The notes below the pieces were generated by a model. The model ran no database searches, was not told the DNA's origin, and worked only from the letters and a program-made list of their open reading frames with translations. This document shows, one piece after another, positions 50,952 to 64,000 of a stretch of 64,000 nucleotides of DNA. This stretch comes from Lepidodermella squamata (Eukaryota > Animalia > Gastrotricha): positions 3,224,001 to 3,288,000 of the forward strand of contig JBLDXI010000001.1 of NCBI GenBank assembly GCA_047495785.1. Direction: 5' to 3'. The translations under genes were made by a program, and so were the position numbers. Position 1 is the stretch's first letter. Each line of letters starts with the position of its first letter.

Positions 50952-51202
50952 AACGAATCCACAAAATCGCAATTGGCTGGACTAAAATTTGTAGAGGCAC
51001 GCGATTGGTTAGATTTTCCAGCATCTTAGCGTGTTATTTCTTGACCTGAATTTCCCGGGTTCGACTCGTGGTGACCGTGCAGCGTTTTTCTGAGACTTTT
51101 TTTTGCTTTTCAAGAAATAACATGCCAAGATGCTGGAAACACTAACCAATCGCGTGCTTCAACAAATTTTAGTCCAGCTAATAGCGATTTTGTGGATTCG
51201 TT
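50952..51202. repeat. Inverted repeat (~90-bp arms), probable MITE
   Basis: AACGAATCCACAAAATCGC...TTATTTCTTGA mirrored by TCAAGAAATAA...GCGATTTTGTGGATTCGTT, between the converging Kv and COX5A 3' ends. Confidence 0.75.
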
Positions 51203-52452
51203 AGTTAAGTAATGAGTAATGAGGTGCACCTGTGATCGTCCTTGATGCCGTAGCGCAGGATAAATATGGACATGAGAATTGTGCACGCTTCGGCTTTGCA
51301 GTTGCAGTTTTGTAACGCCGTACGATAAAATCACAGTTTGTTGCATAAAATACCCGTCTTTTGAGCTTTCGAATGGCGCAAGTCCCAAGGTGATTGGAGC
51401 AATACTTGTTAAGAAATGTTATAAGCAAGGCAACTTAAACGTCGATTTGGGACCCCCTCTTATCTCCCGAACAAATAATCAGTTTGGAGCAAAAATTGGC
51501 AGGGATATCCTAAAAGAGCTCTGCTATCTCAGATATCGAAGGAAAAATAAAGTTTTTTTGCCGGGCATTCACCTGAAGGTTAGGTGAAAATCTTGTAATT
51601 TTTGACTGTAATAAAGATGCGGCTGAGCGAAAAACTATTTTTCTCATTTTTAGAAAATCAGACATCTGTCACAATTTTTTTCCAAATTTGACCCAAAGCT
51701 CAGAAAAACCTGAACATTCACATGCATGTGCAAATGAGCTCGTCAAGAGTATCAGGTAAAAATCGAAAAATCACCAAATTTGACCGATAAATCTGGGTTC
51801 GCCTTGTACCAAAATTTATCGATTTCTGAATTTCTGAAGTAGCACTGATTTTTATTCCTTGAAAAACATGGGTTTTGTCCAAAATTACCCGCCCTTACGG
51901 TAGTCATTGAAAGTAAGGGTCTAATTTTGGAAAATAAATTAAAAGAGATGGTGTATAAGTGTTTCTCTCGAATTTAACGACGCGGAGAACTTTGCTGATC
52001 GAACCCGATTTATCTGGAGCCCCTAAATCAACATTATCAACAAACAAGCGTCAATGTCACACGAGGGTTCTTTATTGTGATACCGCCGTCACTTGCATTT
52101 TATCAAACACACAGTTCACAGTTCATATCACTTCTTATACAACTTTAAGACGGTGACAATATTATAATCAACGGAGAGGAGCGTGAAGAGGTCGCTACAT
52201 CAAAGTTGTTGGCTAGTTTTCGAATTCGCAGTTTAGTAGCTATACGCAAGTACTAAAATGCAAGCAACCTAGTGCGTCGAGTCTAAAATTATACAATTTT
52301 TCGCTTCAATTTCAACCGGCTGTTAAGTGAAATAAAACAACGACGACAGCCTGCATTAATTAGTTAATTAATTAGAACTATATTTTACGCGGGTTTCTTA
52401 TATTTTCAATAGTGATTTATTGGTTTCGGTGGGTTATGAAGAAGCCGGTGAT

Positions 52453-53835
52453 TTAGTGGATGTCGTGCACTTCCGGGCAGGCAAGCTCGGGCTTGTGGTA
52501 GCCGAGCTCCTCGAGGGTCGGGATGCCGAGTTCATCCATGGTCGGCTTCAGCTCCTGCATCATGAACGGCCAGATCTCCTTCGCCTTCGGGCCGGCCTTG
52601 AAGCGGATCACCTCGAGGAAGCGGATGGCGAGGCCGAGGTCGTTGAGGCGGCGGCACGCCCGCAGCGCCTCGGCGGCCACCTTCGGATCGGGCACGCAGT
52701 CCTCGCCGTGCAGGTCCTGCAGGCGCTTGCGCATCCACCACGTGTCCAGATTCGGGTCCTTGAAATAGCCGATGTAGCGCTTGTCGAAGTCATCCCAGCT
52801 TTCGGTGGGCGCCTTGCCGTCGCCGTGATGCGCCGACGAAAAGCGAACCGAGCCTAAAATAGAATAATCAATACCAATATTTCTCAGAAATACAAAGCGA
52901 TTAAAAAGAAAATCGTATAACAATAAAAACTCAGATAACCCGAATGATGAAAATTTCAGAAACAAGACATTTGCAGCCAATCTTGAAAATGAAATCTAAA
53001 TTGTGCTTGATCCCGTTCTTGAATAAGCTTCAAATCACAATTTTAATCATTTTCAAGGATTTTTGAAAAATTGTTGAGAAAATCGAAATTAATCCAACGG
53101 CAAAGAGGATGCTATCATCACAATTTGAGGCTGTTAAGCATGAGAGCTAGCGGAAATGCCTCGTGAATGGACTAAAATCGGCTTAATCTAATTGCAGCTT
53201 CCCTTTGAAACTTGAATCTTGGGTTAAACCAAAAGTTAGGATGGCAATCAAACTGAAGCCTCCACTTATGCCGTTGCAACTGGAGCAGGGAACGTCTTGA
53301 CTGTTCTGGTTACCTCAACCCAAAACGAAAAATCTGATTGAGTTGGAACCAGCTTAATGGCAGCTCCCTAATTTTTTTAGGGTAAAAGGTAATGCCCATG
53401 TCCATGCTTCATTCGAGCACGACATTGACGAGAAATTTCCATTGCTTCTAAGATGATTAACTGCTTCCCAAGTATAAACATATTTTTTTGCCGTTTATCC
53501 GCAGCTGCAGCGATGTATACATACTGAAAATTGTTTATTTTTCGAAATCTTCCTCATTTATTTAGGAGCCATATACATTATCAAACATAATTACCAAGCT
53601 TAATTATCACAAATTTGGTAACTGAACACCTTGCAAATATAAGCTTATCGAGCTAGATTTCCTCTAAAATATTGCTCTAAATCCTCTAATTCCTCTAAAT
53701 ATGATTTTCCAGTTCGTTAGCTTCCACCCACGATAAGATCAATATAAGTATGCTCAAATTTAACTTACCAAGCATGGCCGGAGCCTTGGCCAGGCGCTGC
53801 GACAGAACAACGCACGATCTGGCGAGCAGCGACAT
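52453..53835 (-). CDS. COX5A: Cytochrome c oxidase subunit 5A (exons 53835-53769 and ~52853-52453)
   Basis: Presequence MSLLARSCVVLSQRLAKAPAML|GSVRFSSAH; ESWDDFDKRYIGYF...VPDPKVAAEALRACRRLND...IRFLE...ELGIPTLEELG. Confidence 0.93.
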
Positions 53836-53964
53836 ATCAAGTCTTTAACAAGTCCTATTCCGAAAAATAGAAACCAACATTAAGGTGGCAATTTTTAGTT
53901 TTCCAACCACAACAAGGCAGTAAAATAAAGGCATTTCTTTTGCCGCGACTCGAATAATTATAAT

Positions 53965-55786
53965 CTACTCATTTTCATCGGAAGATTTCGCTTTCTTCGC
54001 GTTTTCATCGCCATCTTCACCGGCGCCGCCGTTCAACTTGGCCTTGCCGGGCTTTTTCGAACCCGGACCCCAAAAAGGTGGCGGTATTTCATAGCGTACT
54101 AATTTCAACAATTTAGACGGTGCCGTGGCTTCAGGGTGCGTTTCAAACGAAATTTTATGAGTCGGCTCTTTCGCCAAAATCGCATTCCCAGCCGTATGTT
54201 GCTCTTTTCTATTCGCACTAATCGGATGGTCTTTCACCCAAGTTCGCATAATATCCTACAATAAATCATAAAAATTATGAAAAAATCTGAATATTCAATA
54301 TAAAATTACCCAGATTAATTCAGATGGTGCATCAGTTTTAACTGAAGCTTTTTCGGCATGGGACAAAGACACGCGGTAACCCGCGTTCAAAATGGCACTC
54401 TTCAACACTAAAGCCGGCGGTGATGAGCAGTGAAGAACGCCGCTCAATCGATCAATCACGTGGTAGAGCGGTACATCGGGCAATTCTTCCCTCAGTAAAG
54501 CAATAGTCCCTTCAATTCGTTTAATCGTCGCTAGTTTCGATAGAGGTTCGCTTGAAATCAACTCATTGAGGCCTTTCAAGAAATCAGCGTTGCAAGTTGG
54601 CGCCGACCAAATCGGTCCACCCATTTGGAAACGCCAACCGCAATCTTTACACCGATCAGGCGGATGGCCGTCTACTGTCGGGGCGAATTGATCTTTTTCA
54701 ACGTTTATTATAGTAGCCATGGGTTGGAATTGGAATGAACCACAGCCGATGCACCGGTGGACCATCGATAATTTCGTACAAGATAATTTTGCTCGTTTCG
54801 CACCTGTCCAAACGCGCACAAAAACACGCCTAAAATTGAAAAAGAAAAACAAGAAAGTCCACCTTAATCAAAATTTCACAACAATTTACATGTAAAAATC
54901 AGCTGAAAGCGCCAGAAGAGGTTCGATCGATCGGCCATATCGGTTAGCATGAGAATCGATAGATCTGAGGAGAATTCGAAGCCCCATTTCATGGCAGAAA
55001 GGCGCGTTTAAGCCAATCTAAAAATGTAAATGAAATTCCGAAAATCAAAGGTGAAGATTGAAAATACCGATCCGTAAATAGCATGACAAGTTTCGACATG
55101 TTTCCCGCACAGAATCGCAGCATCTGTTGCAGTAATACACAGCAACCCGCCGTCTTCAACCGCTTGAACGGCCGAGTCGAGGAATGGTGCTGGGGTGCCG
55201 AAAGGGTCGATATCAATCACATCGTAGCGACGAATAGCGGCGGTAGGGCGAGAGGCAAACATCACAGCAATAGCGTCGTCCTCCGTAATTTTCATCATGT
55301 TTTCGATGTTATTCAATTTTACGTTTTCAGTCAGAAGGCGAACAGCATCTGCGCTCAAATCGTTCGCATGAACTTCTTCAACACCTGAAATAATTTGAGA
55401 AATTGAAGATTTTCAACACTTTGGAATGCTAATTAACCTGGAGCTTCGAGGGCAAATCGAATCGCTCGCAGCCCAGTTGCGGCGAGTGGTTCCAGGATTC
55501 GAATTCCCTTCTCCGATTTTTCGCCACGTTTCAACTCTGCGAATTTTGCATCATCTTTCATTTTTTCTCGAACAAATTGCGAAATAACTGCGATTGTTAA
55601 ATCACGATTGAATTGTTGAACAGGGTTGTAGAAAACTTTCGGACCAGCCGAAATTCGCGCCTTTCCCTCTGCAATTTCGTCGCCAATCGTTGACTGGGGA
55701 TGGCGCGGGTCAGCCGCGGTTTTCACCTCACTTGACGTCATTAAAAATCGCCTTAAAATGAGTCTAGGCGAAAAACGAACGATCAT
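53965..55786 (-). CDS. TRMT1: tRNA (guanine26-N2)-dimethyltransferase, multi-exon
   Basis: VFYNPVQQFNRDL, ILEPLAATGLRAIRF, DVIDIDPFGTP, GGLLCITATD, GGPIWS, KTDAP, WGPGS; in-frame ATGs at 55786 and 55741. Confidence 0.93.
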
Positions 55787-55980
55787 TGTAAAGCATTCTA
55801 TCAATAAATTTTTACGATTTTCAACCGTTGGCTTTGAAAAGCATGCACTTATATCAAACTAGAAGAGAAGAGATTAAGGTGATTATTCACGCCGTCTCCG
55901 ATTTGTCAAAAGAAAGAACTCGTGATGATCATTAGCAACACGTCAATTTCAAGTCTGAAAATTTCACCGGCTCTTTTTGT

Positions 55981-57324
55981 TTAGAAATTCGAATTGAGCA
56001 AATATTTTCGAATAACTCCATCGCGGCAAGCCGTGTAGATGTAACGGCCGTCACTGACCAGGCGTGTCACCGGCTCGCAATCCGCACCGGTCAGTTCGAT
56101 AACCGGGCCTTTGTTCGCCTTCTCCGAGGCAAGTTTCGTGAACATCGCATTTCCAACCGAATACGCTGATCCATCCGAGGAAGTAGCCCACAAACGATTA
56201 TCGATGACTTGCAGGCTCAAAATCGCGCCTCGAGTACGGTTGTCGACATGAGCGACCGGCAATTCAGGTCGGCGCATGTCCAATGCGTAGATTTGACCAT
56301 CCTGAGTACCGCACACGACATGGAATGGCGCAAGGTCGCCCAGGGTCGTGCAACAGTTGACAGGGGCAGTCAACTTCAGGTCGAACAACTTTTGCCTGAA
56401 TTCGTCCTCAATCAAACAGCCCAAAAGTCGGCCCGACTCGCAAGCAGCCAGAACTAACTTTCCATTCGGAGTCTCGCAATTCGGCGGGCAATCAGCTAGA
56501 GCAATGCTGTTCAACGGGTAGTTCAACGCGAATTCAAGCGGGGCTAGCTCGTAAATGTGAATAGGCTGCTGGGTAGAGACGTCCCACAAACGGATAGTTC
56601 CGTCTCGAGAGCAGGACAACACATTCCGGCCTTTGTCGATGATGGCGGTTTCGTTGATCGCACCGGCATGTCCAACCAAAGTAGCGGCGCAGTTGCCAGT
56701 ATCAGCCGCCCAGACTCGGATAGTCAAATCAGCTCCAGCAGTCAAAGCAACGACACCGGATGGGAAAAATCGGCAGGAGTAAATCTCGCCAAAGTGACCT
56801 TGCAGTTGCCTCTGTTTTCATTAATAAATCAACAATTTTCAACAAGATGTTGGCAAGCACTTACGCGAACTTCGCCAGTAGCAGTATCCCAAATGAATAA
56901 CTGATCATCACAGGCAGATGAGATGCCGATTCCTCCGTTAGTAACATCGAGACCTCGAATGTACTTGGAAGACGAATGAATATTCTCGAATTGCTTAGTG
57001 ACCGAAGCAAAACGCTGTTCAAGAACAGCACCGTCGCCCCATTTGCAGGTAACATCAATTGATCCGGTGCTTTTGCGATCGAAGCGAGCCGAAAAGTCGT
57101 TGACGCTGAAGTCTTTGTTGCTCTTCTCGTTGATGTAGTCGTTCAAGACAAGAGAAGAATGAGTCCGAGTGCCGGCTGAAATAAAGCAGAGTGGTATTGG
57201 ATTCTACCAAAGCAAAGCAAGCATTACCAGCATTTTCAAAAATGGCCCAGATTTTTTCGGTCTTTTCACCGACAGAGACTGATTCCCAGTCAGGCTGCAA
57301 AATGACGCGGCCCTCAGCGTTCAT
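55981..57324 (-). CDS. PAAF1: Proteasomal ATPase-associated factor 1 / Rpn14-like WD40 protein
   Basis: ILQPDW N-terminus; GHFGEIYSCRFFPSGVVALTAGADLTIRVW...GRNVLSCSRDGTIRLWD; ELTGADCEPV...IYTACRDGVIRKY. Confidence 0.88.
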
Positions 57325-57531
57325 GATTTAAAGTTAAAACCTACACACAATGGAAATTATCATTAAACCAATCCATAATTATTTTTTCAACGTGCAGCGT
57401 AGTTTGGCATTTAGTGTTTCTAAGAAACTTCAACTCCGGTTATCTTAAATCATAAATCTCGACAATTTCGATGTACAGACATCAATTAAATACAATTCAC
57501 GATTCCAGGACAACTAAGAACCAGATACGAC

Positions 57532-58249
57532 TTAGTCGCGCGATGCTTTGAGCTGCTTTTTCCGTTGACCGAACATGTGCAAATAAAGCTGAGGGAAAAC
57601 TGAAAAATGGAATTAAAATTAAACCAGCGATGCGTGGCACAATGAGCAACTTACTCGGGAAGTACATGGCGATTGCGACAATCAGAAAGTAAGGATAATA
57701 GAATGCAAAATTGTACTTGTTGGGCAAGGAAAGGCGGAATAAAGTAGCCGAAAAGGTGAGCGAATAAAGGATAGACCAAACTTCTCCAGCGACGCCAAGA
57801 GGGTAAAGGACGATGAAGAGGGTGTAGCGTAGCCATGTCAAAATATATGGAACGCAATCGTACAGCGCAAATGCGTAGTAAGAATACCGGATAACCTCAG
57901 TGACGGACCACGCAAACAAGAACATGGGAACCGAGATGTGAGTCTGAACCTGCTTGACCGAGTAAGCAATACCCCACGTCACCAGAAGGCGAGAAAAGAC
58001 TTGAAAAGCAGTTAGCACCGGGTTTGATTTGACCAAGCCGAGAGCAGCATGCAAGATTTCCATGACCGCAGCGGTTTGGAACACGAGCAGATGCCATTCG
58101 ACGGCTGGGTATAGCTTGCTAAATGGAACAAGGCTGTTGTTCAAGTAAGCACGATAAGCACACCAGCAGGTCTGAGCCAAAATAATGAACCAGCCATACA
58201 CAAGAACAACATTGTAGCCAACAAGGTATGCGCGCTTCAAAAATCCCAT
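57532..58249 (-). CDS. Very-long-chain 3-hydroxyacyl-CoA dehydratase (HACD/PTPL family); intron ~57654-57600
   Basis: YLVGYN, FQTAAVMEILH, QVFSRL, WSVTEVIRYSYY, WLRYTLFIVLYPLGVAGE; last exon FPQLYLHMFGQRKK. Confidence 0.92.
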
Positions 58250-58876
58250 GCTTGGTCAGCTGCTGATAAAAATGTCACTATTGATCGTTAAAAAAAGATC
58301 AAGCACTCAATGAAATAGAAAGTAGGTAAAAAATTAGGGACAAATCAACGCCACAAGTCGAGGTTCAAGCTCCATGCCAGGTGTGCCCAGAAAATGAGGT
58401 GGGATCGTGGACGCAACGACGATTCAACGACGATTAGCCTTTAAATAAAGTAGGATGAAGTATAGGAGAATAAGTTAGATAACACTTTCAACATCTCGAA
58501 TTAACTCAACATCTGAGTCACTGCACCGGCTGGATGGGAAATTTATGCGGAAAATTGGATACAGAAGTGAAACCGCAGGTAGCAAGACGCCGGAGAGCAC
58601 TTCCCACGAGCGCCGATCAGAAGGAAACGACAAAAAAGCCGCCGAAAAATGAAGCGCCAACTGCAACCTAATTAAGCCATTTTCTCTTGAACTTATTTTC
58701 AGTTTATTCAACTTAATTGTATTTAAAACATTAATTGACTGGATTCTAAATTTTTAGAAATGACTTATTTTAGCGTTGTTGGCTACGCGCGTTGGCTAAA
58801 CGAAAATGCTGTAGAAAGCGTTCGGCGATACAGCAGATTACCCGTTTCTTAGTCTCAAGCTGTTTGCTGCTGAGCA

Positions 58877-61800
58877 ATGTTTGCGTATCTTAGTAAAAAG
58901 GTAAAATTCCATTATTGGAAGTAACTCGTGTAATTTGAGAGTCCCTTGCAGATCTCCGTCCCGAACAATGCCAACGTGTCATCGATCTGTTGGGATCAGA
59001 CAGACGGTTACATTGCTTGCGGCTGCGAAGGGAACTTGTTGAAAGTTCTCAAACTCGAATCATCATCGGGTGAGTTCAGAATGTGTGTATTAAAGAAATG
59101 TTTCAATTCTCTGTTTTATTGCCCTTCGCAGGCAATGAGCCGAGGTTGCGTGGATTGGCGGCTCCATCTAATCTCTCGACTAACCAGACGCTCGAGGGTC
59201 ACACTGGTAGGTTACGCTGCTTAGAATATTAATTTTTCCTGAAAATATTAATGTGGCTAACAGGCGCAATCAGGGTTGTGGTATGGAATGAACGCAGTAA
59301 GAAGCTCACCTCGAGTGATGATAATGGCCTCATCATAGTTTGGATGGTGTACAAGGGTAAGCCTACTAATTACTGAGCTGGTATTGTCAATTAGTTTCAT
59401 CATAATTCTAGGAAATCTCTATGAGGAGATGATAAATAATCGCACCAAGTCAATGGTTCGAGATATGCGGTGGAATTACAGCGGTGAAAAGATATGCATC
59501 TCTTACGAAGATGGTATGTCTCTTATTGATAGTCAAAACTTTGTCGAAGGAGAATTTTTTTAAGGAACTGTAATTGTCGGCTCTGTTGATGGCAATCGTA
59601 TTTGGGGGAAGGACCTTGGAATGCGTCTACACCAATGCGAGTGGTCGCCGAACGGTCGATTGATTTTGTTTGGAAATTCGGAGGGCGAGGTGTTCGTGTA
59701 CGACAATCAGGGAAACAAAGTTGCCAAGATAGAATTCGACCAAACTCCAGGAGAATTAGCTGCAGTTCATTGGTTTAATGGACGCTCAACAGATCCTGCC
59801 GCCGCCGTTCTCGCAATAGTATTTAAAACTGGTGACATATACTTGCTGAAAAATGAATCAGACTCAAGTAAGTCATGCGATATGGAGCTTCTTAAACGAT
59901 AACTGTAATGTTTATTATTAGCATACATGGCCGTCGAGTCTGGTGTCAAAGCTACTTGTGCTCGCTGGAGCCCTGACGGAAAAATACTCGCCGTGACTGG
60001 TCAACAGTCCGTTCGAGACACGGAGCGTGATCGAGATAGAGATATCAACGTTGTGAATTTTTACACAAACACCGGGGTCTATCTACGTAGTGTAAAACTA
60101 CCCGGACGAGCCGTTACGGCTTGCTCATGGGAAGCGACTGGTCTCCGTCTAGCTCTTGCAATCGATTCCTACATTTACTTCGCCAATATTCGGCCAGAAT
60201 ACAAAGTAATTTTGAGTTTTCGATAATCAAATAAATGAATTCATTCGGGAAATTTCAGTGGGCTTACTGTACCAATACTTTGGCCTATGCTTTCAACAAA
60301 GCCAATACTGAGGAGCAATTTGTAATGTTCTGGAATATTCGAAAAAATCTGGTAAGATATTGCAATAAATATAATAGTTATGGAATAATTAGTATACAAA
60401 ATTTAGCGTCAAATACGACCGGTACGTCAACTGTACCGAATGACTGGCGGAGGCGATTTCTGCTGCTTGGCTTGCCGATCTGACGATCCATCAAGCCAAT
60501 ACGCTCTCTTTTTGTGCAATGCCCTCGGTATATCTATGGACACTCGTTACACCGATCTCGAGCCAGTTTTTCTCACGATGACTCGAAACAACGTTATTTG
60601 CGCATCAAAAGAGGCTTTTTACGTCTGGCAGTACTTGGATCCAAACAGAATCCTTTTACTCGAACGGCAGAAAACGGTTTCGGAGAAACTCTATCACATT
60701 GATGAAACGCCTTCGGGTATTGGCAGCGATACTATCGACATGAACAAAATTTACAAGGTTGGTTAATGTTTCAAGTTGTGAAGGATTTTCTGAAGAGTTA
60801 TTTCCCTCTAGACCACCGAGGATCCGATTGTTGCTATAGGAGCCTCTGATACGCTGCTGTTGATTGTAAGTTGGCTTACTCTGACAAATATTTGCCTTAT
60901 TATCTTGTTTTAGGGCCGTCAAAGTGGTACTGTGAACTGTTATTCACTTCCCCAAGTTGCATTGATAGACAAATTTGTCTTGACTGTTCGACCGTACCGA
61001 TTTTCTCTGAATTCTCAAAGCACGAAAGTCGCGATTCTTGACACTAGCGGCGTTTTGATGTTCTACAATCTTGAAACGAAAACAGTCGAACCTATGGCAG
61101 TTCAAATAGATGCTCCAGCGGCAAATAACGCTAATGCTAAAGGCACAGCAGAGCAGCCTGCTGCAAATGCTACTCAACCGCCGGCATCGAATGAGAAAAA
61201 GGACGTTTGGGACATGATGTGGGCTGAAGATAACAACACGATGTTCACATGCCTCGAAAAAACTAAATTGTGCGTGTTGCGAGACGAAAAATTCGAAGAA
61301 CCTGTTCTGACGTCAGGCTACATTTGCTCATTCTCCGAACTTCAAGTTCGAGTTGCGATGCTGGATGAAATTCTGCGAACACCCGAAGAACCCAACCCAG
61401 AATACGTGCTAAATTTAGAGATCAAAATTCTTCGCGACGCTCGCGAGTTGCTGAAAAAAGGCAGCTTGAACGACGTTCAAAAGTTTGTCGAGTCAAATTC
61501 CCATGCCAAACTCTGGAAGCTACTTGCTGATGCGGCTCTGGAGCAAAATAATTTGAAAATGGCAGAACATGCTTTTGTGAGATGCCGTGATTATGCGGGC
61601 ATCAAATTCGTCCAACACCTCGAGCGGCTTCAAAATGACCGCCTTCGAAAGGGCGAGGTCGAAGCTTATTTCGAGCGATTCGATAGCGCTGAGCAAATGT
61701 TTCGAGCAGCTGATCGGCTGTAAGCTTACTAGAAAATTTCTTTTTCAAATTTAAAATGTATTTTTTTACAGCGATTTGGCCGTAGCTTTGCGAAAAAAGC

Positions 61801-64000
61801 TTGGCGATTGGACGCGAGTTGTTAGCTTGCTGAAGGCTGATTCGGGCGGTGGAAATGATCGTGAACTAGAAGCTGCCTGTACAGCTTTGGGCGAATTCCA
61901 CGCCGAGCGCCAGCAATGGCTTCAAGCCGTAACGTACTTACAACAAGCCCACAATTCCGAACGATTAGTCGAGTGCTACTTCATGCTGGAAGACTACGCT
62001 AATTTGGAACAGTCAGCAAATGCTCTTCCTAATAGTCACAAGCTACTACCTGTACGTTTCTACATCAAATCCTTTGAATAACATTTTTGGACGAAATATT
62101 TTTCATTTACAGGAGGTCGGCCAAATGTTTCAAGGTGTAGGATTGTGCGATCAAGCTGTCAATTGCTATGTTCGGGTGAGTAATTATTTTCTTGATTTTT
62201 CTAGCATTTATTGATTTTTTTTATGATTTCTTTAAGGCTGGTAAAATTAGGGAGGCTGTCGATTGCTGTATCCAGCTTAATTCATGGAGTAAAGCCGTTG
62301 ATTTAGCCGAGAAACACGGCTTGTCTGACGTTCCGCTGATGCTGCCTCGTCTAGCTCAACAAATGATTGAACAAAATCGAATTATTTCAGCTACTGAACT
62401 TTTCCGACGTGCCGAGCGTTTCCTCGACGCTGCTAAACTGCTATTCAAATGCGCAGATCGTCTCGCAGCGAGTAACACAACAAGTCCGATGTTGTTGAAG
62501 AAAATTTACGTCCTAGCTGCGTTGTTGGTGGAGCGGCATCATGAGCGGATCAAGGACCAACAGAGGGCGGGTAGTGGCCAGGCGAGTCGACCTGGTGGAC
62601 CGGCTGGTTCGGCTGCGTTGCGGAAGTCGTCGATGATGCCGGCAACGCTAGGGACTGGGTCGGCCAGGGCTTCGATGACGCGAAGCAGTATGCAATCAGT
62701 GAGCGGAAAAACAGTCGATGTAAGCGAAATTTTCATGGAAACTTAACGATTTCACGACTTGCCTTAATTTAATCAATTTTTGATTATTAATTTCTTTTGG
62801 GCCCTCCTGTTAACGGAACCAAATTTTACAACGTTAATTTGGCCTGAAACCACTTTTCAGAAATTCGGAAGATGTTATTATAGACCATCGTAATTCTAAA
62901 TAAATTATTTTCAAATTCAGAATTCAGAATTCTGCACTAGTCGTTGCGTTCACCTTACAATTCATACGTTGTCCTGAATTCTTAGAATTATTTGAAAACC
63001 TAAATTTGGGAAATTTTGAGTTTGGTTCCGCAAAATTCAAATTAGATTCCGCTCACCTAAATTTTGTTCCACTAAAAGATTTTCTGATTCCTTTTCGAAA
63101 TGGGATTCATGCTTAGTGGAAATAGGGGTTATTCCAATTTTAAAGGGTCTACAATTATTTGCGCTACTAATTCAGAATTTGAGCGTTCTGGCACTACATT
63201 TTTTCAATTATATCCGATATTGGCTATTTTACCGATGCTGATGCCTCAGATGATCCTGGAACATATACTTTTTATTGAATGCTGGCTTCCCAGGCGATTG
63301 GAGACAGTTCGTTCTAATAATAACTATAAAATAATTTTATTAGAAGGTAGATATTTAGTGCCACACCATTATATACCTTGCATTTTAGGTGGTGTTTTTA
63401 CTTATACTATTTCCTGATTATAGGGTGACAAGAAACTGGAAAACCAATATTTAGGAGAAAACCAGTGCTTGACCCTCAAATTTAGCTGGAACCCTATACA
63501 TTTAGGATGGCCACTTGGTACACCGATTTATTCAATTTCGAAAATATTTTTGAATTTTTCAATGTGCTACTTATTTTATCCAATACATTTGTATGATTTC
63601 AGCCTACGCTGTCACTTGCTGGTTTATTAGCTGAGGATGCAGCTGTGGCGGCTTCCGGAGTCGGCGGTGATGCGCGATTAATCGATAACGCTTGGCGAGG
63701 CGCTGAAGCGTATCATTTCATGATTTTAGCCCATCGCCACCTTTATAAAGGCGATTACGATGCGGCCCACCGAACAGCTTTGTTGCTTCGAGACTACGAG
63801 GACTTCATTGGATCATTCAGACTGTACAGCCTAGTTGGTAAGCAGCCCTAAAATCTAGAATTAAATTTACTGGAATTTTCTGTCGAAAATAAAAAAATCA
63901 GAATATTTGCTCATTTCAGAATTAAAATTAGAATTTTCGAATGAAAAGCAATTTGAAAAAAATTGGCAAGATTTTAATTGATTGGTTGAACATTTTTAAT
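58877..64000 (+). CDS. WDR35: IFT-A subunit WDR35/IFT121, multi-exon, incomplete at the right edge
   Basis: MFAYLSKK|ISVPN...GYIACG...LKVLKL; NQTLEGH; KKLTSSD; EEMINNR; [14 protein letters not shown]; [14 protein letters not shown]; [11 protein letters not shown]; [12 protein letters not shown]. Confidence 0.95.

Noticed and set aside
51040-51085. B-box-like GGTTCGACTC suggesting a tRNA or SINE
   Set aside because: No cloverleaf or convincing A box could be built.
52420-52857. Several overlapping ORFs on both strands over COX5A
   Set aside because: Expected by-product of high GC3 depleting stop codons.

Overview
Eukaryotic (invertebrate animal) genomic DNA with many short GT-AG introns (~50-60 nt) and very short intergenic gaps. 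The organism cannot be named from sequence alone. Positions 1-19.9 kb hold a minus-strand, head-to-tail array of seven ubiquitin-ligase-type genes: three RING/B-box/coiled-coil (TRIM-like) genes, two of which are complete and end in ankyrin repeats, interleaved with four paralogues of a divergent SOCS-box family, one carrying a nonsense mutation. Gaps are as small as 30 and 70 nt, and a splice-acceptor-like AG lies just upstream of each ATG, suggesting a trans-spliced polycistronic E3-ligase locus. Next come a secreted two-domain serine-protease homologue with a Thr-rich linker, PHAX and an FRMD5/3-like FERM protein. Two tightly packed housekeeping runs follow: on +, PSMB2, deoxynucleoside kinase, PMS2, ANAPC11 and a divergent Kv channel; on -, HACD, PAAF1, TRMT1 and COX5A. 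WDR35/IFT121 runs off the right edge. Mobile DNA (piggyBac relic, LINE fragment, Gypsy/CR1 chimera, RLE-type retrotransposon, several MITEs) lies mainly in introns. Exon boundaries were assigned by eye.
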